Positions 1 through 9,229 of a DNA stretch of 64,000 nucleotides are shown one piece after another. Source of the DNA: Candidatus Micrarchaeia archaeon (GTDB lineage Archaea > Micrarchaeota > Micrarchaeia > Micrarchaeales > CABMGC01); contig JBMFUT010000002.1 in NCBI GenBank assembly GCA_049966395.1, forward strand, positions 1 to 64,000, in the 5' to 3' direction. How positions within the stretch are numbered: the first letter of the stretch is position 1; the number at the start of each line of letters is the position of its first letter. Both the position numbers and the translations under genes were made by a program. The notes below the pieces were generated by a model. The model ran no database searches. It saw nothing but the letters and a program-made list of their open reading frames with translations, and had not been told where the DNA came from.

Positions 1-236
1 CATAATAAAAATTATAGAAGGGTAACAACTTATAAATCTTTTCATCATTTTAGGCGTGCACCGTATTCTGCTTCCGCGCCTGAGGCGCGCCAAAGGTCAA
101 AAGGCAGGATAGTTACACCGAAATTTACCGAAAGATTTAAATATCTTATTGCGCATTTACTTAACTGCTTATTTTAGCAATATTTAAAAAGGTTCCTACA
201 TGATTTACGAGGTTAAATGCTATATTAGGTGATTTT

Positions 237-1349
237 TTGGCAGTAAAGAAAAAACACGATAACGCAAAAGCCGCGAAAACGAAGAGTCATGGCAGCAAGG
301 CAGCAAGTATTGGCAAGTCAGCCGCCACAACAGAAGTCCCTCAGGCAGGCACCCAGTCGCAGTCCTTCGAGGAGCGCAGCGCAGAAGCAGGTCAACAAAC
401 CGAAATGAGTGAAGCCGCTTTCGAAGTGCAAAAATCCGCGACGCACGTCACAAGATGCCCAAGCTGCGGCAGCACCGACATAATATATGATGCGGAAAGG
501 GGAGAACTTGTTTGCAACAATTGCGGCCTAATAATAGAGGAAAACATAACCGACACGGGCCCGGAATGGAGGGCTTTCGATGCCGATCAGAGGAACTCCA
601 GGGCCAGGACAGGCGCCCCAATAAAGTACATGAAGCCTAACAAGGGGCTTGTCACAGAAATAGACATGTACAACAGGGACATCCGTGGCGCAAAGCTTCC
701 TTCAAAGAGGCAGGCTCAGCTTTACAGGATGAGGAAATGGCACAAGAGGGCCAGCATAGCGAGTTCTAGTGAGAGAAACTACCTCATAGCGCTGCCTGAA
801 CTTAATAGGGTTGCGAGCTACCTAAGCCTTCCTGACAACATAAGAGAGAGCGCTGCGCTGCTCTACAGGCAGTGTGTCAAGAACAACCTGATAAGAGGTA
901 GGCCTATAGAAACAGTAGTAAACGCCGCGCTGTATGCAACGTGCAGGAGCGCCGGGATGCCAAGGACACTCGATGAAATATCGCAGATATCTGGGGTTCC
1001 GAAGAAGGAGATAGGCAGGGCTTATAGAGTAATATCCCACGAGCTAAACCTTAAGATACCTCTTACAGATCCTGCAAGCTACGTGCCAAGGTATGTGGCA
1101 GCATTGAAGCTTAGCGGCGAGGCTCAGGAAAAGTCTTTCCAGCTCCTGAAGCAGGCAATGAAGAAAGGGCTTGTGAGTGGCAGAAGCCCGACAGGAGTTT
1201 CAGCAGCAGCAGTGTACATTGCAGGTGCACTTGTCGGCGAGCGAAGAACGCAGAAGGAAGTTGCAGATGTTGCCGGCGTCACTGAGGTTACAATAAGGAA
1301 CCGCTACAGGGAGCTCAAGAAGGAGCTCAACATAGACGTGAACCTCTGA
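237..1349 (+). CDS. tfb: Transcription initiation factor IIB (TFB) with a long low-complexity N-terminal extension
   Basis: Zn ribbon CPSCGS...CNNCG, B-reader GPEWRAF, two cyclin repeats, C-terminal VTEVTIRNRY; TTG start preceded by GGTGA. Confidence 0.97.
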   Translation: MAVKKKHDNAKAAKTKSHGSKAASIGKSAATTEVPQAGTQSQSFEERSAEAGQQTEMSEAAFEVQKSATHVTRCPSCGSTDIIYDAERGELVCNNCGLIIEENITDTGPEWRAFDADQRNSRARTGAPIKYMKPNKGLVTEIDMYNRDIRGAKLPSKRQAQLYRMRKWHKRASIASSSERNYLIALPELNRVASYLSLPDNIRESAALLYRQCVKNNLIRGRPIETVVNAALYATCRSAGMPRTLDEISQISGVPKKEIGRAYRVISHELNLKIPLTDPASYVPRYVAALKLSGEAQEKSFQLLKQAMKKGLVSGRSPTGVSAAAVYIAGALVGERRTQKEVADVAGVTEVTIRNRYRELKKELNIDVNL

Positions 1350-1386
1350 CGCGCTTTTATTTTTTGCGCAACAAAGGTATCTTAAC

Positions 1387-1824
1387 ATGAGAGCACAGAT
1401 AGCCGCAGTTTTTGCAATGGCGCTTTTAGCAATTGCGCTGCATTACGCTGCGCCAGCCTTGGCGCAGCAGCCTTCTCCTACAATCGGAAGCGGCAACTAT
1501 ACATCCTCCGCCGCAAAAACTTTCATAGCGAGCGCCTACAATTACGTCAATGCCATAAATCAAAGCGGCTACCTAGTCTTCATGCCAAACCTCACGCTTT
1601 CCTACAAATACCTCGACGATGCAGAGAGCATGTACAATTCTTCGCCAGGCACTGCGGTAATATATGCCAGCAAGGCGATAAGCGCCGCAAGGCTTTCGTA
1701 TCAAAGGATAAGCTATTACAAAGCTTATTCTTTAGTGGTGCTTGTCGTCTTCACTGTCGCTGTGGGTATAATACTTTACAGGCTGATGAAACCAATAAAG
1801 CAGCAGCGAAAAAGACGAATGTGA
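1387..1824 (+). CDS. Hypothetical secreted/membrane-anchored protein
   Basis: N-terminal signal peptide, C-terminal TM helix followed by a basic tail. Confidence 0.75.
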   Translation: MRAQIAAVFAMALLAIALHYAAPALAQQPSPTIGSGNYTSSAAKTFIASAYNYVNAINQSGYLVFMPNLTLSYKYLDDAESMYNSSPGTAVIYASKAISAARLSYQRISYYKAYSLVVLVVFTVAVGIILYRLMKPIKQQRKRRM

Positions 1825-1930
1825 ATGCCTGCTGCCCTCAACCTTTCTATTTCAAAAACTATCTGAATAGCGACGCTTCGCTTGCAGAAAAGGTTTATTA
1901 ATTAAACTGCAATTTATATACGGTGCTTTT

Positions 1931-3850
1931 ATGAGGATATTGCAACTTGATGTAAATAGAATATTTTACGAGCTAGTAAAGCCGGAAGCAAGCGTTTACG
2001 AGGAATCTAAGGAAAAGAAGTTCGAAGTTAATGACGCCCTGGTGCTTCTGGTCTCTGTAGAAAAAGGCGACAACGAGGAAGTGGCAAGGAAGGCGGTTGA
2101 CGATGCGGTTGCATTCGCTTCAAAAATAAAGCGCAAAAAGCTTGTGCTATACCCGTTTGCGCACCTAAGCAACAATCTGGAAGAGCCAAAAAGCGCCGCT
2201 GCCATATTCTCGAAAATGAAAGAGGAAGCAGTTTCTAAAGGGATTGATGTAGTCGCTGCGCCTTTCGGCTGGAACAAAAGCCTCCAGCTTGACGTCAAAG
2301 GCTACCCGCTTGCCGAGCAATCGAGAAGCTATGACGCTTCCAGCATTTCAGAAAAGCCAAAGAGCAGCGCCGCGCCGAAGGAGACAAAAAAGCGCGAGCA
2401 AATAGAGAGCGCAATAACAGAATCTGCAGCTCTAAAGGAGGAAGAAAAGGTGACATCGAAATGGTATATACTAGATACGTCAGGCAAGCTTCACTCCGTC
2501 GACAAATTCGACTTCAAAGGCCATGAAAACCTGAAGAAGCTAGCCAAGTACGAGATGGAAAAGGTGAGAAGCTACCAGCAGATGCCTGCTCATATAAAGC
2601 TCATGCAGCGCCTTCAGCTCGTAGACTACGAGCAGGGTTCCGACGCCGGCAACATGCGCTACTATCCTAATGGCAGGCTGATCAAGGGGCTTCTCGAGAG
2701 GTTTGTCACGAGCAAGGTGATAAGCTACGGCTCGGTAGAAGTCGAAACCCCTATAATGTACGACTACGGTCACAAGGCGCTCAAGGACTACCTTAACAGG
2801 TTTCCAGCAAGGCACTACGTCGTAAAGTCTGACGACAAAGAATACTTCCTGAGGTTTTCAGCGGATTTCGGGCAGTTCCTTCTCATGAGCGACGCGACTA
2901 TATCTTACAAGCAGCTGCCATTCAGGTTCTACGAGCTTACAAGGTACAGCTTCAGGAGGGAGAAAAGCGGGGAACTTGTGGGCCTGAAGAGACTGAGGAG
3001 CTTCACAATGCCTGACATGCATACGCTATGCAAGGATGTGGAGCAGGCAAAGGCAGAATTCATTTCGCAGTTCAAGTTCGGGAAGCAGATGCTGAGCGAG
3101 ATAGGCATCGACAGCGCGGATTACGAGACGGCGCTCAGGGCCACTGAAGAATTCTGGAACAGCAACAAGGATTTCATGGCAACCATCGCCAGGGAAAACG
3201 GCAAGCCAATGCTATTGGAGCTTTGGAACTACAGATACGCATACTTCGACCCTAAGTTCGAGTTCAACGTAATAGACTCTATGGACAAGGCTGCCGCGCT
3301 TACAACAGTGCAGATGGACCACGAGAACGGAAAGCGCTACGATATAACTTACATAGACAGCGACGGCAGCGAAAAGTATCCTATAATATTGCATTGCTCC
3401 CCAAGCGGCGCAATAGAAAGAGTGATATATGCATTCCTGGAGCTCGCATACATGAAGGAGAAAGAAGGCAAGGTGCCCGCATTTCCTCTTTGGCTCACCC
3501 CTACGCAAGTCAGGATGCTGCCCATATCAGCCAAGCATTTGGATAAGGCTGTGCAATTGGCAGAATCTCTTAAGTCAAGGGGCATAAGGGTGGATGTTGA
3601 CGACACCGAAGCCACGCTGGAAAAGAAGGTGAGGAATGCAGAGCAAGAGTGGATACCTTACATGTGCGTGATAGGAGACAAGGAAGCAGCTTCGGGCAAG
3701 CTTTCAGTAAGGGTAAGGGAAGAGAAGTCGCAGAAGCAGATGGCTCTCGAAGAGCTCGCTGCCGAAATAGAGGAAAAGACAAAAGGCATGCCAAAGTCAG
3801 AGCTTTCGCTCAATATGCTGCTTTCAAAGAGGCCAGTGTTCTTCGGGTAG
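1931..3850 (+). CDS. thrS: Threonyl-tRNA synthetase, archaeal type with N-terminal editing domain
   Basis: YPFAHLS and APFGWNK editing-domain motifs, FRREKSGEL motif 2, HCSPSGAIER motif 3, anticodon-binding domain. Confidence 0.97.
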   Translation: MRILQLDVNRIFYELVKPEASVYEESKEKKFEVNDALVLLVSVEKGDNEEVARKAVDDAVAFASKIKRKKLVLYPFAHLSNNLEEPKSAAAIFSKMKEEAVSKGIDVVAAPFGWNKSLQLDVKGYPLAEQSRSYDASSISEKPKSSAAPKETKKREQIESAITESAALKEEEKVTSKWYILDTSGKLHSVDKFDFKGHENLKKLAKYEMEKVRSYQQMPAHIKLMQRLQLVDYEQGSDAGNMRYYPNGRLIKGLLERFVTSKVISYGSVEVETPIMYDYGHKALKDYLNRFPARHYVVKSDDKEYFLRFSADFGQFLLMSDATISYKQLPFRFYELTRYSFRREKSGELVGLKRLRSFTMPDMHTLCKDVEQAKAEFISQFKFGKQMLSEIGIDSADYETALRATEEFWNSNKDFMATIARENGKPMLLELWNYRYAYFDPKFEFNVIDSMDKAAALTTVQMDHENGKRYDITYIDSDGSEKYPIILHCSPSGAIERVIYAFLELAYMKEKEGKVPAFPLWLTPTQVRMLPISAKHLDKAVQLAESLKSRGIRVDVDDTEATLEKKVRNAEQEWIPYMCVIGDKEAASGKLSVRVREEKSQKQMALEELAAEIEEKTKGMPKSELSLNMLLSKRPVFFG

Positions 3851-3854
3851 TAAA

Positions 3855-4763
3855 ATGGACAGCAGCGCCCTTTTGCAGGAATTCTACGAGGGCGAGGTGC
3901 TTGACAGAGACACTTACGCTGCACTAGCTTCAATTGAAAAAAGGCCCAAGCTGAAGGAATTATTCGGCAAACTGTCTAAAGTCGAAGAGAAGCACGCCGG
4001 GATATGGAGCAAGCTGATAGAATCTGCCGGCCTCAAGCCGCGCCCTCCGAAATTCAAGCGTATAAAAGTCGCGCTTTTTTACATAGCCAGAATTCTGCTG
4101 GGCCCCGCATTTATGGTCAATCTGTTGGAGCGCAATGAGGAAATAGGCCTTTCAAAATACAACAGCGCGCTGAAGAGCGCACCCATGAAAAGGAGGGAGA
4201 AGGCACTATTGGAATCTGTCATAAGCGACGAAAAGGGGCACGAGGCCGCCTTCATAAAAGCCGTGCGCAGCGAGCAGAAGAGCCTGCAGTACATAGAATC
4301 TATAGTCTTCGGCATGAACGACGGGCTTGTAGAGGTGCTTGCCGCCATATCTGGCATAGCTGCGTTCGCTGCAACCAATTCAATAGTAGTACTGGGAGGC
4401 TTCATAGTAGCTGTCTCTGGAGTGCTCTCGATGACTGGCGGCGCCTATCTTGCCGCGAAATCGAAGAAAATAGTAGGCAGCGCCACCACCGAAACGCCTG
4501 CGCGCGAGGCTTACTATACGGGCATCTCATATTTCATAGGTTCGCTTTTCCCCATAGCTCCGTTTGCGATTGGCATGCATTCTTATCTGGGTATAGCAGC
4601 CGCTGCGCTGCTAACAGGCATTGCCCTATCCTTTGCCTCTATAGTTATAGCAGTGCTGGGAGGCACGAGCATAAGGGCGCGCATATTGGAAATGCTCGGA
4701 ATATCCTTCGGCGCTGCGCTGCTCACAACTATAATAGGCACAATAGGAAAAACATTCATATAG
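3855..4763 (+). CDS. Rubrerythrin/ferritin-like domain fused to a VIT1/CCC1 iron transporter domain
   Basis: EEKH and DEKGH diiron motifs; IVFGMNDGLVEV and LSMTGGAYL VIT1 motifs; several TM helices. Confidence 0.88.
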   Translation: MDSSALLQEFYEGEVLDRDTYAALASIEKRPKLKELFGKLSKVEEKHAGIWSKLIESAGLKPRPPKFKRIKVALFYIARILLGPAFMVNLLERNEEIGLSKYNSALKSAPMKRREKALLESVISDEKGHEAAFIKAVRSEQKSLQYIESIVFGMNDGLVEVLAAISGIAAFAATNSIVVLGGFIVAVSGVLSMTGGAYLAAKSKKIVGSATTETPAREAYYTGISYFIGSLFPIAPFAIGMHSYLGIAAAALLTGIALSFASIVIAVLGGTSIRARILEMLGISFGAALLTTIIGTIGKTFI

Positions 4764-4826
4764 AAACAGGTCTGCAACTATCTCAATGCCCTATTTGCAG
4801 TATGCAATGCTTAGCATGAGCACTTG

Positions 4827-6467
4827 CTATGTCTGACTCGCGCTTTCTATCCTGTATATTACAATTTTGGAATAATAGCTTGCGTTTGGTGGAATGGCTT
4901 GGTATACCTCACTCCTGGTGCAGTTGCTGTCCAACCATTTAGCAATCAAATTCTGCTCATCAATTGTGGGAGGTCCGTACTGCGGTTCTACCATAAAAAG
5001 ATACGATATTCTTTCATAGTCGCTTTTAGTGCATGCAAGCGAAGTTTCATTTCCGTATGGATTCTCATGCAAAGTAAGAGCTCTGATGTTGCTATTGTAT
5101 TTGTCAGCAAACTCTAAGTAATACAGAGTGTTGAACCTGAAGCCTGTTGGCGCTAAGGTGTAAATGTCAAGCGCACCTTCTGTGCTTGCCATCCTTTGTA
5201 TGTAAGATACGGCATTGCTGAAAATATTGTTGCTATATACTATGGAGATGCTATCCACCTTGAGCATCCTGTAAGTCGGAATATAGGCAATTGGAAGTAC
5301 AATTACAAATATTACGAAAGCTGCCTTAAGTATACTATTATTTTTTCCCAGTCTAGCTTTTGCAAAGTCATATAAAGAAAGCAATGCATATCCCCCAAGA
5401 AAAGCGAAAGGTACTGCGTCTATTGCAAAATACCTGGACAGCGCGGGCACTCTATAGTAAGCATTTATTGAAGAGGATCCAAATATCAGATACAAGGACA
5501 TTGCCCAACACACAAGCGAAATGTAATCCACATAGGAATTTCTTTTCAAGAGCCCTATTGCTGTGCCTACGATTGCTAGGATGACCAAGGGTCCGATGGG
5601 ATATGTATTAAATGCGCTAGGGCTATTTAACATGGCAGATGTGTTCCCAAAAGGCGTCAGGAGCATGTAAACCTCCCTGGCTATAGTCTCGCCGCTTGGC
5701 GAGGCCATATAGTTCAAAGAGGCAAATGCGTTTCCTGTCACAGCATAGAAAACTGCGAAGTACGCGAACAAACCAACTGCGAGCCCAGCAGCGGCGGCGG
5801 CAAGCATTTTCTCTTCCTTGAAGTTACTGCTAGTTTTTTTCCTTTTCAGTGCGCCGCTTATGTACTCTATAACAATCAGCAGCGCAAACAATCCTACATA
5901 CATGAATGCCTGGGTCTTGACGTATATGGTGTACGCTGCGAGAAGCCCTGCAACCGCTGACATCTTGACGCTCATTTCCTTTCTCGCCAATATGAACGCG
6001 TATAGCGATAGTCCTACTGCAAAGCCCATGTTTATGTCAGGCAGCACCCTTGTCACATAATCCGTAAGGAACGGCGCTAGCGCAAGCAGATACACAGAAG
6101 CAGCAGCAAAAGTGCCTCCATAAACGCGTTTTGAAATTTGGAATGCCACGATAAGAAGAAGCACGTACTCTACTATGCTTGGCAGAATCGCCTGAAAGCT
6201 TCCGTATCCAAAAAGCAAGAAGGAAGCGGCTATTGCAATTATGTTTAGGAATGCATACGCAAACAAGTTTGCAATGAAGTCACTGTCTCCAACGATTGCG
6301 TCGTGAGCATAATGTATGTACCATGCATCGTCATAAAATGGATCTGGGCCGGAATACAAGTATGCGCTCGCCGCAAGCCCCAATAAGATTGAAACGAGAA
6401 GCAGCAGCTCAGGCAAATAATCTTTGCTCCTCTTTTTACCCTTGTGCGAGGTGTTGCGGCTGGGCAT
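4827..6467 (-). CDS. GT-C fold membrane glycosyltransferase (PMT/ArnT, GT39-like)
   Basis: About 12 TM helices, DD motif in the first loop (YDDAWY), LPD motif, YVK and RYF motifs. Confidence 0.75.
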   Translation of the reverse strand: MPSRNTSHKGKKRSKDYLPELLLLVSILLGLAASAYLYSGPDPFYDDAWYIHYAHDAIVGDSDFIANLFAYAFLNIIAIAASFLLFGYGSFQAILPSIVEYVLLLIVAFQISKRVYGGTFAAASVYLLALAPFLTDYVTRVLPDINMGFAVGLSLYAFILARKEMSVKMSAVAGLLAAYTIYVKTQAFMYVGLFALLIVIEYISGALKRKKTSSNFKEEKMLAAAAAGLAVGLFAYFAVFYAVTGNAFASLNYMASPSGETIAREVYMLLTPFGNTSAMLNSPSAFNTYPIGPLVILAIVGTAIGLLKRNSYVDYISLVCWAMSLYLIFGSSSINAYYRVPALSRYFAIDAVPFAFLGGYALLSLYDFAKARLGKNNSILKAAFVIFVIVLPIAYIPTYRMLKVDSISIVYSNNIFSNAVSYIQRMASTEGALDIYTLAPTGFRFNTLYYLEFADKYNSNIRALTLHENPYGNETSLACTKSDYERISYLFMVEPQYGPPTIDEQNLIAKWLDSNCTRSEVYQAIPPNASYYSKIVIYRIESASQT

Positions 6468-6591
6468 TCATATCTCAAATATCTATCATACTATTTGCAT
6501 TTATATCATTTGTGCTTTGGAATTCAGTCAATTTGCACATAAGCAGCGCAATCTTTTTATAGATGCTCGCCAAATGTGAATCAGTGTTTTA

Positions 6592-6747
6592 ATGGCAACG
6601 CTACAGACGCCGCAGCAGTCGGCAGGAATACTGAGCTTCTACGACGCCCCGGAGAAAGGCCCGAAGCTCAACATGAAAGTGATAATAATAGCAATAGTAG
6701 TATTCGCCATCATAGTCCTGGTTTTCGACCACTTCGTACCTGTCTGA
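6592..6747 (+). CDS. secG: Preprotein translocase subunit Sec61-beta (archaeal SecG); not in ORF track
   Basis: Manual translation MATLQTPQQSAGILSFYDAPEKGPKLNMKVIIIAIVVFAIIVLVFDHFVPV; SAG(I/L)xxFYD...K motif plus one C-terminal TM helix. Confidence 0.9.
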   Translation: MATLQTPQQSAGILSFYDAPEKGPKLNMKVIIIAIVVFAIIVLVFDHFVPV

Positions 6748-6774
6748 AATTCAAATACTGAAAAGAGCTCGGAA

Positions 6775-7644
6775 TCACGCCAACTCAAACATGTCTTTTT
6801 TTATTTCGCTCACGTCGCCGCTTTCTGCAAGTAGGTAAAGCACGGCCCTCGCGCCCTCCTCGTCGACGTTGTATTTTGCAGCGATGTCAGTTACCTTTTC
6901 TGCCCCTTTTTCTAGTTCTTTTAGGAACTTGCTTCCGTATCTGTCGAAGAACTGCCTCATGACTATGTAGAACTTCTTGTTGAAAGCCCTAGTGCCGAGC
7001 ACCATCCCCTGCCTTATGCTCTCTTCCAATGCCAAGGAAAGGCTTGATGCTTCCGCCTCGCTAGCTATCACAACGAAGCCCTTGCTTTCTAGCTCCTTAA
7101 CGTTTTCATTCTCCTCAGTGCCCGCATAACTGCCGCGCTGCTCCACGCGCTTGTACTGCGGCACTGCAGGCTGCACCTGCTCTGGCTTTGGAGTTCCTTG
7201 AATCTGCCTCTTCCTCATAAGGAAGCTGTCGTATATGCTCTTAGAAATGCTGTAAAGCTCGCTGCCGCTTTTGCTGTCCTTGAACAGTGACACCGCGTTC
7301 TTTTTCTCCAGCTGCCCAAGCACCTTCTTTTCGCTCTCGTTTAGCATCTTTTCCACAGCCTCCTTGCTCCTGGCGTTGTACCTTAGCGTGTCAAGCTTCT
7401 TGAGCACCATTATTTCGTCGTCGCTGAGGCGGATCTGAGGCCTGAACTGGCCCTTCTGCTGCTCTGCGCTCGGCTGCTTGCCCATCAGTATGCTTGCAAC
7501 GTCAGACTTCTTTGCAAACAAGAAAGCGTTTTGGCTGTACCTGAAGAAATCGACTTCGTCGTTCTCCTTGAGGTGGAAAGCATCCACAACATCAAAAGGC
7601 AAGTAGATCACAAGTTTGTCCTTCTGCTTGTACACCTTGACCAT
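6775..7644 (-). CDS. Hypothetical protein with AbrB/MazE-like N-terminus and probable winged-helix segments
   Basis: N-terminal LVIYLPFDVVDAFHLKENDEVDF fits the AbrB pattern; C-terminal VTDIAAKYNVDEEGARAVLYLLAESGDV is HTH-like. Confidence 0.6.
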   Translation of the reverse strand: MVKVYKQKDKLVIYLPFDVVDAFHLKENDEVDFFRYSQNAFLFAKKSDVASILMGKQPSAEQQKGQFRPQIRLSDDEIMVLKKLDTLRYNARSKEAVEKMLNESEKKVLGQLEKKNAVSLFKDSKSGSELYSISKSIYDSFLMRKRQIQGTPKPEQVQPAVPQYKRVEQRGSYAGTEENENVKELESKGFVVIASEAEASSLSLALEESIRQGMVLGTRAFNKKFYIVMRQFFDRYGSKFLKELEKGAEKVTDIAAKYNVDEEGARAVLYLLAESGDVSEIKKDMFELA

Positions 7645-7692
7645 TCAACCCCCAGGAAAAAGTATTTTATTAGCTTCCTTTGATATAATAAC

Positions 7693-9228
7693 ATGCAAAG
7701 TCTAAAAGGGTTTGTATCCTATACAAGCAAGGAAATTTCTCCTAGTGAATCTCGTGCAATCGACCTCAACGCAATGGCGCTTGGCATATCAGATGCGCAG
7801 CTCATGGAGTCTGCCGGCATAGCCGTTGCAAACTTCATAAGGTCAAAATTTCCAAAGGCGAGAAAGATCTTTTTCATATGCGGCAGCGGAAACAACGGTG
7901 GCGACGGCTTCGTCGCCGCAAGGCACCTTTCAGATCTTGATGTGAGAGTCGCGCTGCTTTCGAGAAGGGAGCAAATCAGGGAAGGCCCGGCAGCATCAAA
8001 TTTCAGGGCGCTTTCTGGTATGCTTTCCGTGAATCTGAGGGACGACGCTAGTTATGACTTCATTGCGTCGCAGCTGAAGGAATGCGATATAGTTGTCGAT
8101 GCAATTTTCGGCACTGGATTTTATGGCAAACTTCCGCATAAAATCTGGCGCATAATAGAGGCTGCAAACAATTCCAAGGCTAAGCGCATAGCGGTGGACG
8201 TGCCATCGGGATTTTCAGGTATCTCTGCAGCAGAACAGGCGTTCAATGCCGATTACACAATCACGTTTCACAAACCAAAGGATGGACTCATGCATTTCAA
8301 GCCAGCAGGGAAAGTTGTCGTGGCCGAGATAGGCATACCGATCGAAGCAGAGCTTCTTACAGGTCCCGGCGATCTTTTCATGGCGTCTCCAAAGAGAAGC
8401 TTATTCGCTGACAAAAATGCTAATGGGAGGCTGCTTCTTGTCGGAGGCAGTGATGTTTATCTTGGCGCTGTAGTTGCAGCGTCTATTGCTGCGCTCAGGA
8501 CAGGCGCCGGCTATGCTATCACATACGTGCCAAGCCACCAGGCTGTGGCAGCAAGAAAGCTGAGCACAAACACGGTTATAAAGCCGATGAGGGGCACGCA
8601 TCTTTCAAGTGAAGACTTGCCTACCCTAGAATCAGAAATGCAAAAGGCAAATGCCCTTGCGATAGGCATGGGCCTTGGCACAGAGGAGGAGTCGCTCCGA
8701 GCAGCCGCTGCGCTGATAGAATACGCAAACAGTATTGGCAAACCGTCTGTGGTAGACGCAGACGGAATAGGATCCCTCAAATTCGCAAAGCTTTCAGATC
8801 CGTCGCTCGTTGTAGCAACCCCCCACCACAGAGAATTCTTCAAGCTCACAGGAAAGCAGCTGCCAGGCGAGGACGCAAGCAACCTCGGATACAGGATTGA
8901 TGCCGCGATTGCAGCATCAAAGCGCACAGGAATATGCATTCTGCTCAAGGGCCACAACACGGTCATAACAGACGGCAAAATGCTCAAGATAAACATGGCA
9001 AGCTCTTCAGTGCTAGGAAAAATGGGCACCGGAGACGTGCTTTCAGGCATAATAGGCGCATATGCCTCAATGGGTGCCAAGCCTTTCAGGGCGGCTGCCG
9101 CAGGGGCATACCTTCACATGAGAGCGGGGGAGATGCTTGCAATAGAGAAGGGATACCACATAGTCGCAAGCGACCTGATAGACCAGATACCTAGGATAGC
9201 CAAGGAGTTCGACAGGATAGAGCGATAG
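7693..9228 (+). CDS. nnr: Bifunctional NAD(P)HX epimerase/dehydratase (YjeF/Nnr)
   Basis: LMESAG, GSGNNGGDG, DAIFGTG, DVPSG, VVDADG, TPHHREF and GTGDVLSG motifs. Confidence 0.95.
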   Translation: MQSLKGFVSYTSKEISPSESRAIDLNAMALGISDAQLMESAGIAVANFIRSKFPKARKIFFICGSGNNGGDGFVAARHLSDLDVRVALLSRREQIREGPAASNFRALSGMLSVNLRDDASYDFIASQLKECDIVVDAIFGTGFYGKLPHKIWRIIEAANNSKAKRIAVDVPSGFSGISAAEQAFNADYTITFHKPKDGLMHFKPAGKVVVAEIGIPIEAELLTGPGDLFMASPKRSLFADKNANGRLLLVGGSDVYLGAVVAASIAALRTGAGYAITYVPSHQAVAARKLSTNTVIKPMRGTHLSSEDLPTLESEMQKANALAIGMGLGTEEESLRAAAALIEYANSIGKPSVVDADGIGSLKFAKLSDPSLVVATPHHREFFKLTGKQLPGEDASNLGYRIDAAIAASKRTGICILLKGHNTVITDGKMLKINMASSSVLGKMGTGDVLSGIIGAYASMGAKPFRAAAAGAYLHMRAGEMLAIEKGYHIVASDLIDQIPRIAKEFDRIER

Positions 9229-9229
9229 A

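Noticed and set aside
6576..6761. 61-aa ORF from the track, and the 69-aa (29345-29554) and 73-aa (46546-46767) minus ORFs
   Set aside because: Superseded by real genes in other frames or strands (Sec61-beta; Rpo6; eL24 and thiI).
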